Assembly: GCF_009834535.1 (NCBI RefSeq) | Contig: NC_045696.1 | Span: 64,172,001-64,236,000, forward strand | Source: Camelus ferus | Taxonomy: Eukaryota | Direction of reading: 5' to 3' | DNA length: 64,000 nucleotides | In this document: positions 25,701-37,700 of the stretch, in pieces | How positions within the stretch are numbered: the stretch's first letter is position 1 | Layout: each line of letters begins with the position of its first letter | Program-made: the position numbers and the translations under genes | The notes under the pieces: model-generated | What the model was told of the DNA's origin: nothing | Database searches by the model: none | Seen by the model: the letters and a program-made list of their open reading frames with translations, nothing else

Positions 25701-28700
25701 ATTTGTTGTGTGCATCTGCTGAATCCTACTTAACAGCATCTTAAGCTCCCCTGTCTCGGTGTACTCACAGGGTCCCCGTGGAAGCCATCACCGTCTTGCG
25801 TCAGTTTCCATTTTCCTCCAGCCTGCAGAGGATGTCTGTGGTCGCTCAGCTGGCAGGGGACAGTCACTTCCATGTCTACATGAAAGGTGCCCCCGAGATG
25901 TTGGCCAGGTTCTGCAGACCCGAAACAGGTACTAACGGCCACTTGTCTCTTTCAGGATTTTAAAAGCTCAAACACACAGAGCTAACAAACCTAAATCAAA
26001 TGAATGTGGAGGTGGTTGTTTTCTCAGGAGGTGGGAGGTAGGCCCAGTAGATCTGCAAAGGCAGAGGTGATCATTTCAAAGCAGAGAAGCAGAGAGTACA
26101 TTCCAGGCTATGGTCCAGCCAGAAAAGCCCAACCACAGTGGGGCATCAGGAGCCAGAACAGGAAACAACACGGGGATCAGAGAACCAGGGAGGGTGAGAA
26201 TGAGGAGCATTCAGAGGGAACCAAAGAGACAGGTCTGGACACTGGGATAATTCTGCAGACAGGGGTGCTCCTTCACCCCCTGCGAGGCTCATACCACTTT
26301 GGGAGCCTCAGACAGATCAATGGGAGGAGAATATAAAAAAGATAATTCTTTTAGGGGAAAAAAAGTGATTAGAGTAAATTAGATGCCGTTAGAGCAAGGT
26401 AATTGATCATTTTCACAGCAATTTCATCTTTCTGGGCCAGATTTTGAGTTGATTTGTATTATTTCTTAGTCTTATAAACATATGCAATCTCGAAGCTGCA
26501 GCTCAGATTTATAAGAATATTGTTGCATTCAAATGAGTTCATTTGGATAAAATTGGCCTTTTTCCTCCTGATTTTCATCTATATTCTCCTTACAATTGCT
26601 GATAGCCATCAACTTGTGCACAGAATTCTAGATTTGGCAAATGATTGCTTTAACTTCTCTCTCTACTTGGAATCTTTTTTTAACTTCAGAAGTACCCCTC
26701 TTTTCCTGACTTTGATCTTCCTCGGAGCTCCCATTAACTTCATCCAGATTGATGGTCTACACTTGGCTGCAATTTTTTTCTTTTCAGTCTGTCATTTTCC
26801 ACCTCTTATTCTTCTGGTAGCCTTTCCAGCTCTTCTTCTTGTCCTAACTTCTGATCTTTGACATATGTTAATATCATTTTCAGCGATTTCTTTTTTTCCT
26901 GTATTTAAGAACTAGGGAGCCAAGAGCTTCCTTGAAATTAGATCCCCACCCCTAAAATTATTTAGAATTTCAAAAAGTCTGAACTGAAGGGGGACATAGA
27001 GAAACTCACAACCTCCTCCTATTATGGATGGGTAAATTGAGGCACAGAAGAGAGACATAACATGCCCAAGGTCAGGGAGCTGGTTGGCAGTAGAGGCTAG
27101 AACTCAGGTGGTTTGCTAGCTAAGCCACTACACTTCTCATTATACTGTGCTCCTTTCTAACACTTTTGTAGGCATACATAAACTGTAAAGATTTTATAGA
27201 TATATTAACATTACTTATGATCACCGTGCCAAAAGATACAAATGTTGGCATTGTGTCATCCAGTATATAAAGCCCAGATGGCAAACTTTTATGCAAAGAG
27301 CCAGGTAGTAAATATTTCAGGCTTTGAAGGCTACACCATCTCTGTCTCAACTGCTCAACCTTGCCACTGGAGCCTGAAAGCAGCCCTCAGTAGTAAACAA
27401 ATAGGTATGACTGTGTTCCAGTACAACTTTATTTACCAAAACAAGTAATGGGCTAGATTTGGTCTGTAGTTTGCTGACTCCTGATCTAGAGGATCAATAG
27501 TTTCCATCATTTCATCTGGGTAGGCAGTCCTGAGGTCTGTCTTTACTGAACCCAGGCAGCGCATAGGGCACCCAGCTGCTGAATGACACATCTTTGGCAT
27601 TCATTTCTGATAGAGTAATGATACCTCACTGATGAAGTTGCTGGTGGCCTTTAACTGAAGCTGTAGCTTTTCTATTAAAATATTTTTATAGACTGAAAGT
27701 TAAAACAAGGTAGAGTGACTGCAACTCGGTCTTTTTAGTTTGTTTGTTTGTTTGGGAGGGGGGTTAGGGGGGTGGAGGGAGGCAATTAAGTTTGTTTGTT
27801 TGTTTGTTTGTTTATTATTTTTAATGGAGGTACTGGGGATTGAACCCAGGACCTTGTGCATGCTAAGCACGCTGTCTACCACTGGTCTATACCCTCCCCA
27901 CTAGAGGTGGCTTTTGGAAAGCAGGATTGGGGGTAGTGAGATAAGCATTAGAAAGGGAGATGGAGTCAGCTGGAGGCAGAGCATGGAGTGGACGGAAAGG
28001 ACCAAGGAGAGGGAAACAGGAAGTCTTAGGCTCTGGCACTTTTCAAGGCTGCAGCCAGCCAGGGTCCACGGCTCTCAACATAGATGTAACCCAACGTCAG
28101 TGAGAGAACCGGGCTTTGCCTACAGATTTCTGAATATAATGGCTAGAGCGATGAGAGGTGATGTGGGCTGGGCCAAGTATAGTAAAGCCATATTTTCAGC
28201 CCAAGAAACTGTACAGCATGGTTGAATCTGGGAGGCAATCACACATCTATTTAGTAAGCAATATAATTAATAGTTTGTATGGTCTGGTTATTTTTGAAAC
28301 TATTGGCATTTTAAAAAGTTGGTTTTTTACTTACGTCACCAGCTACTTCCAAGTAGAATTCCAGTGTCTTCGTATATTTGGTCCTTGGGGTGATGCATCA
28401 TTTTGGCCAACAGATAATAGTAACCCTTCCTTTTATTCAGTCATGTAGTACTTTCGAGCTTGAAGTGTGCTTTCAGAGACACTCTCATTCTGGATCAGTT
28501 CGGCAGATGTTTGCCTACCCCTATCATCCCCTACATACTATGTTAGAGATTGGGTAGACAGACACGGAAAAGACTTGGTCCTGCCCTCAAGGATCTCACA
28601 GTCTAACTGCAGACCTATTAGGAAGACAAGGGAATTTCATTCCCACAATAGAGATGAGGAAACTGGAGCTGAAAGATGCTAAAGGATGCATGGTCAGTCA

Positions 28701-31700
28701 GCAGAAAGACAAATATTAGGATCAAGAGCCAGCTCCTAATCCAGTGCCTTTTTTTTTTTTTTTCTTTTCTGTTTTCCCTGTAGACCACAGTGCTATATCT
28801 ACTTCCCTCCACCTCTTCTCTCCTGGACTGTCTCTGGACTGCATCCTAGTCTTGCTTAGAAGTTGAGTCACCTTCGATGTGACCTTCATTTACCTCTCCC
28901 TTCTCTCCTGGCAGTGCCCAAGAATTTCTCACAGGAGCTGAGGAATTACACAATGCAAGGCTTCCGTGTCATTGCCCTTGCCCACAAAAACTTGAAGATG
29001 CAGAAGCTTTCAGAAGTGGAGAGTTTAGCAAGGTAAGGAGCTCAGAAATTGGCACCAGCACAGGTTCTGTGTGCACGAGGTGAATGAGTTCTGGAAGTGC
29101 ATGATGGACAGCTCAAACCCCATGAAGTCTCTTGGAGATGAAAAATCACTCATCGAGCCCCCTGTTTGGAGATGGGCCACACTGGGGAGGACTTGCTCAG
29201 GTCACAGTGCTGGTTGTTGGAGGAACAAGGGTGGCAGTTGAGATCTCCTGACTCCCAGACACCTGTGAGTCATCTCTCCATCATCCCATGAAAAACAACC
29301 GTCCCTCCTTCAACCTGGGACTGTCACATGGCTGACTGATCGGGGGTCCCCGTATAAAGAGATTGAGAGGATACAGCTGGCACTTTGAATGACCTCCAAA
29401 TCCTTCAGACTTGGCTTCTTTCAGGAATCACTAGTACACCTCCCTCAGATCTGGAGAAGCAGTGAGTGCAAACTGCATTCCTTATATGGAATGGCATTCA
29501 GTATTCTTAACTACATTCAGGGATAAACTGCCCACAGTAGTGGATAATCTATAGCTTAGTTTTTCTTTCTTTCTGTCTCAGTTATTAGAGGTTGTTTTTG
29601 AGTTGTTTATGACAAAGGAGTAGAGAAATACTGTGGAAAATTGAATAACAAATCTTATGCGTTCTTTACTTTCATTTTGTGTTGCTGTTAGAGAGATCCT
29701 CACTTACATGCAGTTACTAGCCCCTGTGTATATGATGTGGATATCCTTGGCTCCACATTGCTATTTACAACCTAAGTCCCTCTACTCTAATCGAATCAGT
29801 AATCACCATCCCTTTCTTACAGTGTATCTATTTCCCCCATCTATCAAATGTGGGATTGGATGATTTTGAAGGAGCCTTTCAGCCATGACATTTTAATCTT
29901 CCAAATAGAATCACAAAGCTCATTTTGAAATATATGAATGACACTCCCGGGTTTAACATTCATGGTGTTAGCTATACTTGAGCAACCGTAACACACAGGA
30001 TTTTGTAATTTTTCAAGATACAAATTTTAATAATGGAAGTTAAGGTCATGTGTGAAGAAAAGATTTATGTTGCTAGACATGGAGTGTGGCCACTGTGCAG
30101 CTGCCACATATACAGGCAGCTGTGATGTTCTCATTTAAAAGCCACTAGTGAGATGGACATTATTATAAATATAACAAAATAAGAAAATGAAGATAAATGT
30201 GCTAGATTTTCAAACAACTCAGGTTTTCCCAGAGAATATCAGGATTGATTATGTTTCTTAGAATATAGTTATTAGTTTCAAACAGGGTGAAAGAATAGAG
30301 TTTTGATTTTTTTAGGAATCAAATTATATTTAACAAAGTTTTCCAATGAGAAAAATCAATAACTTCCAAAAGACTGGGGTCAGAAAGGGGAAGTAGAAGA
30401 GTTTCTTGAGAGGACTTAGGGAAAAATCACTTAAAAATTAAAAACAGAAGAAATACCTGATCAAGATTTACCCTTTCATGAGCTTAGCAAATTTCTATTG
30501 AGCTTGACTATGTGTTAGATGTTCATCAAGGCACTGAGGATTCAGAAGTGAATAAAATAAAATCCTTGTCCTCGCAAAGCTTACATCCTAATGGAGGGAA
30601 ATGGGTAACAAAATTAATCTATAAAATATTCTCAGGTAGTGATAAATGTCCTGAAGGAAAGAAATAAAGTAGGTTAAGGGGATTTTTAAATGACAGAAAG
30701 TGCCATTTTCCCCAGGGAGATCAGAGAAGTCCTCCAAGGAGGCAAGGTTTGCACAGAGGTCAGAGTAAAGTGAGGGAGCAAGGCATGCAGATATCCAGGG
30801 GAGGACCATGGCAGGCAGTCATAGTCCATGGGTGCAAAGGCCTTGACACAGGATTTTGCTAGAAAGTTGCAGCGTCCCAAGAGACCCAAGTGCCTGATGC
30901 AGTGAACAAGAGGAGAGTCATAAAACAGAGACCAAAACCAGAATAAATTGGTGAGAAGATTTTTGGATATTTCTTTTAGTTTTAGTTAATGAGAAAACAT
31001 TAATCCAATTTATAATAGAAAGTCATTAATGTAAATGACGGGAATTTAATGAATTCTGTATGAAGGTGGATTTTATAACATTCTCTCAGATCCCTAAGGC
31101 AGGATTTATATCTGATTATCTGAATAATCACCAAAGTGCCTAATATAAGATCGAAAAGTCATGATTTAATGACTGGACTTTTGAACAAAGGATGTAGCCA
31201 CTTGCACTCTCCTCCGGAGAGAGGCTGCTTCATTTTAGTTCTATCCCAGTTGGAATTATTTCTCATCGAGAAATCCAACTCTGATCTTTCTCTTAAAGAA
31301 AGTTAACTGATCACCTGAGTATTTCCCTCCCAAGCCCTCCTAATGTGATAGGAAAAAAAAAAAACCAACAGTATGAAAGAAAACTAGAAAAGCAGTAAGT
31401 TCAGATGAAAGATTTCTACATATTTGTGTACGATGCAAAGTAGGTGGGGAAGAATGGCAGCTGAGTCAGCAGGACAGAAGAAGCTGTAGCCTACACCATG
31501 CCAGAGAGACAGAAAGGTACTGCAGGAGGAAAGTCGGTTTACCTTGCAGCCCCAGAGAGGGTGAGACTCTGACATGTCCTGTACTATGGCAGGTGAAGGT
31601 GAGACTCAGGGCACTGAACAGGGGGGATTAGCTGATAGCAGGTATAAAAGTTAGTTCCCGAGGTCTCCTCCTCCTCCCTCTTCCTCTCCCTGCAATCTTA

Positions 31701-34700
31701 ACTCCACCCTGGACAGAAAAAAGGGACAATGAGGGATCAAGAAAGAGCTCTTGGCCCCCAAATTTACTTTTTAAGAAACACCTGAGATTTATTTTATTCC
31801 AGAGGAGAAGTCCCACATAACTAATATAACCCGGTTAGACTCCAAGCCTCCGATTTCAAATTATGAAAACTCTTCCTTGGATGATGTCATGTATTTACTG
31901 AAGGTTACAGATGGAGGCTGAAGTTAAGTGATTCCACATTCAGCTGTTACTAGAGTATCCTACGTGTAGTCTGTACTTAATAAATTTCTAATAAGCTGAA
32001 ATGCTTACAGGCTCAAAAAATGAAAAAGTATATATGACTAACAAAAAATTTAAAAAACCAACAGAAGAGTTGAAAGATAAACACATTTTTTTTTAAATAG
32101 AATTGAAAACTGGAAAAAGCAGCCAAAAGATATAAAAGTGGTTGCCTCTGGGAAGCAGGAGGGGTGAGGTGTGGTGGAGACAATGACTATTAGTTTTCAT
32201 TACTATAAGCTTTGGGATTCTTTTTAGTTTTTCAAACCTGTACATATATTACATTGATAAAACTTGGACATTTTCAAAAGAAGAAATAGATCCAGCCATT
32301 GAGACTGTATGGATACACTTTAATGTTGTCTTTCTCCCCGAATCCAAAGAGAGAAGGTGGAGTCAGAGTTAACATTTCTGGGACTTCTCATAATGGAGAA
32401 TCGCTTGAAAAAGGAAACCAAACCCGTCTTGAAGGAACTGAGGGAGGCCCGCATCAGGACCGTGATGATCACCGGTATGGGTGGCTGAAGGCCTGACAGG
32501 TTGCCTGTATCCCAGGCATAAGAAAAAGAGCGTGTGAGCTGAGTTTATGTGACTGGGACAGAAAGAAAAATGCTTTGCTGTCAAGTTTGTTACCCTGTGT
32601 TCCAGTTAGCTGGGAACATGTGCCACTCCCCACAGCACGACCGTGAGCTTCAGAGGCAGGACTGGGTCTCACTCTCTTTGTCTGATGCCCACTGCTCCTA
32701 CCCAGGATCTGTGCAGGGCTAGTGGGCTCACAGCAAATGTTGGAAGATGAGATTGGGTTCTGATCAAGAAGCCCAGTGAGACCTCTGTGTAAAGGGTGTG
32801 AGTCTCTGCGGGACTGTCCTCCAGGTCAGTGGGGTAGGCACGGCATGTGATGACCCAACCCAACACGGGCAGCCCTAAGTGCTTTGTGCTCTACTTAACT
32901 GGAATCCAGACCCCAAGAATGGGTTTATGGTATCAGGCCGGGCCCATGTGACCATCACCACTTGAAGCTGTTAGTCTCCTGAGGATTCGTCATAAAGCAC
33001 TTAAATATTTATCTATTCATTTGTGCGTGTTTTAGAAATACGCCACGTTCACAACACGATGCTCTATGGGAGGGAGATGCAGACAGTGCTGGACTACTGT
33101 CTAGGCTTGATCAATGGTTATGGGAAAAGGCAGAAAGCACTGAATGCCCCCCAACAATATGGTCAAGGGCACCAACCATATGGTATGAACACTCAGAGGA
33201 GGGTGAGCTCAGTTCTGGATGCAGAGAGGTTTATACACAAAGCAAGCCCACTGAATTTCTTTGTCATCTAGGGGACAACCTTCAAACAGCCATTACTGTT
33301 GCAAAGAATTCTGAAATGATTCCTCGAGGGAGTCAAGTGATCCTTGTTGAAGCCAATGAACCAGAAGAGTCTGTCCCCGCCTCCGTGACATGGCAGCTGG
33401 TGGAGAACCAAGAAAGGGGACCTGGAAAGAATGTGAGTGAATAATCGAAGGCCCCTTTGTGGCCCTGGGTGGATGGAAAATAGCCCTGACCCTGAGCAGC
33501 CCTCTCTCGGTATTAGAAGTCACCATGGTAAAAGTCCCTCACATCTGGCCAGAGTTTTACAGATTACAAAGATCTAAGCATTTCTACCAGCAGGTCTCAG
33601 TCTTGGCTTCACATAGAAATCACCCGGAGAAGAGTTTTTAAGTGTCCAAAACCAAGACTCTACAGATTCAATCAGAATCTCCAGGCTGGGAGCCAGCGTC
33701 ACTCCCTCCCCCAGTGATTCCAGTGGGCAACGTGACTGAGAGCCGCTCACTAACATCCATTTCACCCCTCTGATCCTCGGTTACCCTACACAGTTCAGCA
33801 AACTATTCATTTTACGAATGAGAACACTGAGGCCTAGAGAGGTAAGCTTGCCCAAGACACACGCTGGTGAGCTGCAGAGCAGGACATTAAATTCGAATCC
33901 ACACCCTCCCCCCGCCATGCCCAGTCCATGGGCATTTGGACCGTACTGTACCCGTGACATGATGTGAACAGATGCTGGGATCGCTAGGTAGCAAGCTTCC
34001 CGGGCACTGACAACAGGACAGCCCTTTCATGTGACGAGAATGAGCTGCAGCCTGACAGTTCATTACTAAATGTAGCTCCTCTACCTTTGTATGAATTCAA
34101 AGAGATGGTCCTCCAGGTGATAAATTACAGAAATGCTCCCTCCCTCCAGGCTGCCCAGCCCTTCAGATTGTTCAGTGTAGAAGAGGCCTTTGTGCAGCAC
34201 ACAAACTGCACAGCTGTACAGAGCAGCCCTGCCCCTACCCTGTGAAGAGGTGCCTTTACTTGGCTCAAATCCATTGTGTGGGCTGTGAAAGGTAACAGCC
34301 AGCGCTCCGCTTTCAGTGGATTCCAGGTTCTGATTTCCTTGCAAACCCACCTGCCTCGGCATCAATGCAAGTTGCCTCAACTTCAGTGCATGATGAAACT
34401 CAGATCCCCGCTAATTTTTAAGAGTCTACTCACACTACCCACTTAGGAGTTTAACGCCTCTACTAAAGGTTTGTCGTTGCCGGGAGAAGTCACATCAGTC
34501 TCAGGCTTTCTCCTCCTCTCTGGTTCCCTCTCACTGTACTTTTTCTCCTCAATTTCCAAGAAAAACATCCAGTCCTTGCCTCAAGGGAACACTTAACAGC
34601 ACATCTTCTGTTGGCTGTTTTACAATGGAAGTTGGAAGGGGATGGGTGTATCACCTAGCCTCCCAATTTAACACATCAAAGCATTTTTTTTTGTTTCAAA

Positions 34701-37700
34701 TAAGATGCTTTCTTTAATGAATTCTTCCAATGAAGAAAATGTTCTCATCTTTTCTACTATCTGAATTTAGACTCCAACACAAATGTAAGGCCCTCTGAGA
34801 ATCGTTCGTGAAAAACCATCATCAGCTATTGACATGATGAGTGCATAGCCAGTCATCAGATGCTTTCTCTTGGAGCGGAGCCAGCTGGGGCTAGAACCCA
34901 GTGATGGGGCTACACTGACAGGTTAAAGGCAGGAGAGAGAGGGTTTCAGAAAAGGACTAGTGCTGCTGCAGGGGAACACAGGATGTGGAAGAGGATCTGG
35001 GCAAGATGAGGGAGAGGATAACTGTGAGGTGCAGAGAAGTCAGGTTAGGCTCTCGAGAAAGAGTCTACCTCTTTTACAGGGAGGAAACTGGGCATGGTTT
35101 CGAATGAATGAATGGTAAGAGATCTTAGGAAATAAAAGGATGCATGAGGAGAAGGAAGAGGATGGAAGAATGTTTCCTGTTCTTCCTCGGATTCACTCAT
35201 GGGGCCCTTGGGATGATTTCCTCAGTAGACTGACATCACCCGTGTTAGCTCCCAGGATAGGATCCAGAGAATCATGCTGCCAGGCATTCTATGTGCATAT
35301 CATGATGTGTGTGTGTTGGGGGTGGGGGGTCCTGGTGCGTGGTACATTTTGAGTGTCTTCCTCATATAAGACCAAGTTCACTGGGCAAATTACAGATGTA
35401 TTTGCTGGCCCTCACACTGTTATGTAACATGAATACCATTCCTTCCATAAAATGTAGGAAAATGGAGACATTCCTTAAGAGCCAACGTAGAAATAATGCC
35501 CTTTTAATTTTAGGACACTTACATCAGCATTGGAAACAGTTCAGTGTCTGATGGAGAGAGAGGGAGCTGCTACCATTTTGCTATGAGTGGGAAATCATAC
35601 CAAGTGCTATTTCAGCATTTTAACAGCTTGCTTCCAAAGGTAAGTACTGGAGAAATGAAGTGTTTTGCTCCCCAAATTACTGAAGCAAAAAAGGATAAGA
35701 GAACAATGCAGGTGACGATCAGCGAGGATCAGCGAGGTTGTCTCCAAGTTGGAGAATAAACACCCGCGAAGAGGCACTGCTGCTTCCGGACTTTCCGGGG
35801 ACCGCCCACTCTGCACATGCTCGTGGCCTCCTGCTCAGGGTGGGCGCCCTGGTCCTGCCCCTCGCCCCGCACCCGTAGCCAGTCCACTCCGTCCCCAGCA
35901 GAGGGAGCCTCCAGGTCAGGTCGTTCCAAACCTGCCTCCTGTTCTGGGGGTCAGCTTCTCTCTGAAAGTCACCAACTCATGTCAGGCTGAGCCCTAGTCC
36001 CTTTCCTGTCTGGATTCTTAAATTACAAGCCGGAGGAAACAAAGGCTTCGTGGTTTGTTCTCAAAATCGTTTGTTATCTTGTCGCTGTGTGTCTATTTTA
36101 AAATAGCGCCCTGTAGGGTTGTGCTGTCAGTGGGAAGAAGATAAGTAGAGCGCAAGCCCAGGGCAGCAACAATCAGTTAGCAGTGTGTTGGAAGTTCTGT
36201 TGCCTTACCAGTCAAGGACCGTAGAATCTAGACCCCCTCAAGGCTTGTAGCAAGCTGTTAGTGCAATTCCTCATTGGAGAGATGGGAAAGCGGGAACTCA
36301 GGTTGTCACTCCTCTAAGGTTTGCACGGTTTGGGACGGAGCTGGGAATAGAATCGTGAGTCTCACCTCTCAGTTTATTGCTCTTTCTTCTGCTTAGTCTG
36401 CACTTATGGAGACAGTGTTTAGTCACAAGAACTGTGTTTCCTTAAGCATCTTAATCCCGTATGCTCTGTTGCTTTTTAGTTACTGTTATTAATTAGAGCT
36501 TACCTCATCTTGGACAAACGACCTGGAAAAAAGTAATAGACTTGAGATGGAGAACTGAGAGTGAACGTTAAATATTAAAGCGCTAAATCCCCCCTTTTCC
36601 CTTTTTTGACATTTGGTCTAATGACACACCACCCAATGCTATATTAACACAGTGGCCAGGAGTAATTTTTCAGGGCTGTTCTTTTATTTTAAAAGTGTTC
36701 TTCTTTCTAATCTTATTGCAATACTTGTTTTTCTCTCCAGATTCTGGTGAATGGAACTATTTTTGCAAGAATGTCTCCTGGGCAGAAATCTAGCCTTGTT
36801 GAAGAATTTCAGAAATTAAAGTAGGTGTTATTGCATGAAAGGAGAGTGTATTCCTTATCTATTGCTATGTAACAAATTACCCCCCAACATAGTGGCTTCC
36901 TATAACACTGCTTATTATTTTACATTGCTGTGGCTCAGGAATCCAGGTGTGTTTAGCTGAGTCTTCTGGCTAAGTGAGTCTGTCACAGGGTGTAATCAGT
37001 TGTCGGCCAGGACCACAGTCATCTGAGCACTTGGATCTGCCACCAGCCTCACTCATGTTGTTGGCAGGATTCAGTTCTCTGTGGGTGGATAGACTAAAAG
37101 TTTCAGTTTTTCATTGGCTGTTGGGCAGAAGCTGACCTCAGTTCCTTGCCACCAGGGTCATTTCTTGAGGAAGCTCGCAGTGTCTCAGCTAGCTTCCAGG
37201 AGAGTGAATAAGCAAGAAAAGTCCGAGAGAGAGGTGTCACCACTTACATATCTTCATCTCAGAAGTGACATCCCATCCCATCCCATCACTTTAGTCTCTT
37301 CATTAGAAGCAAGTTACAAGGTCTTGTCCACACTCAAGGGAGGGCATTATACGTCATGAATACCAGGAGGGCCATTTTAGAAGTCATTTATCCCAGAGAA
37401 CATTCCTTCTGTGACCTAAGTTAGAGGAAGATCCCCTGCTCGATGTAGAGAAAAGAAACAACAGGGGTTTGTACAGCTCAGAATAGGGAAAATGGGGAAG
37501 CATGTGTTATCATCTGCAATTATTTGAGATTGGTCCATTAGAAGATATGTGAATAATTTCTGGCCCTCTAGGAAAGAGATGTAATGGCATTTTTACTGTT
37601 TTAGCTATAGAGGCCGAAGTAAAAACAAAGACAAAGTACTTTCCTATCTCCTTCAAAATACAGATGACCAAGTCACATCAGAGTGAAACGGGTCTTCTTG

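Noticed and set aside
27820..27899. tRNA-Ala-like sequence
   Set aside because: It is a SINE head with a simple-repeat tail and several diverged copies in the window, not a tRNA gene.
32348..32357. Alternative AG acceptors (+4, +7) that would restore frame after the 25771 insertion
   Set aside because: About 92 N-domain residues, including KGAPE, would remain scrambled, so a functional pump is implausible.
32299..32496. 65-aa ORF in an alternative frame over an exon
   Set aside because: It is the shifted reading of the ATP13A5 exon, relevant only as part of the frameshift tail and not an independent gene.
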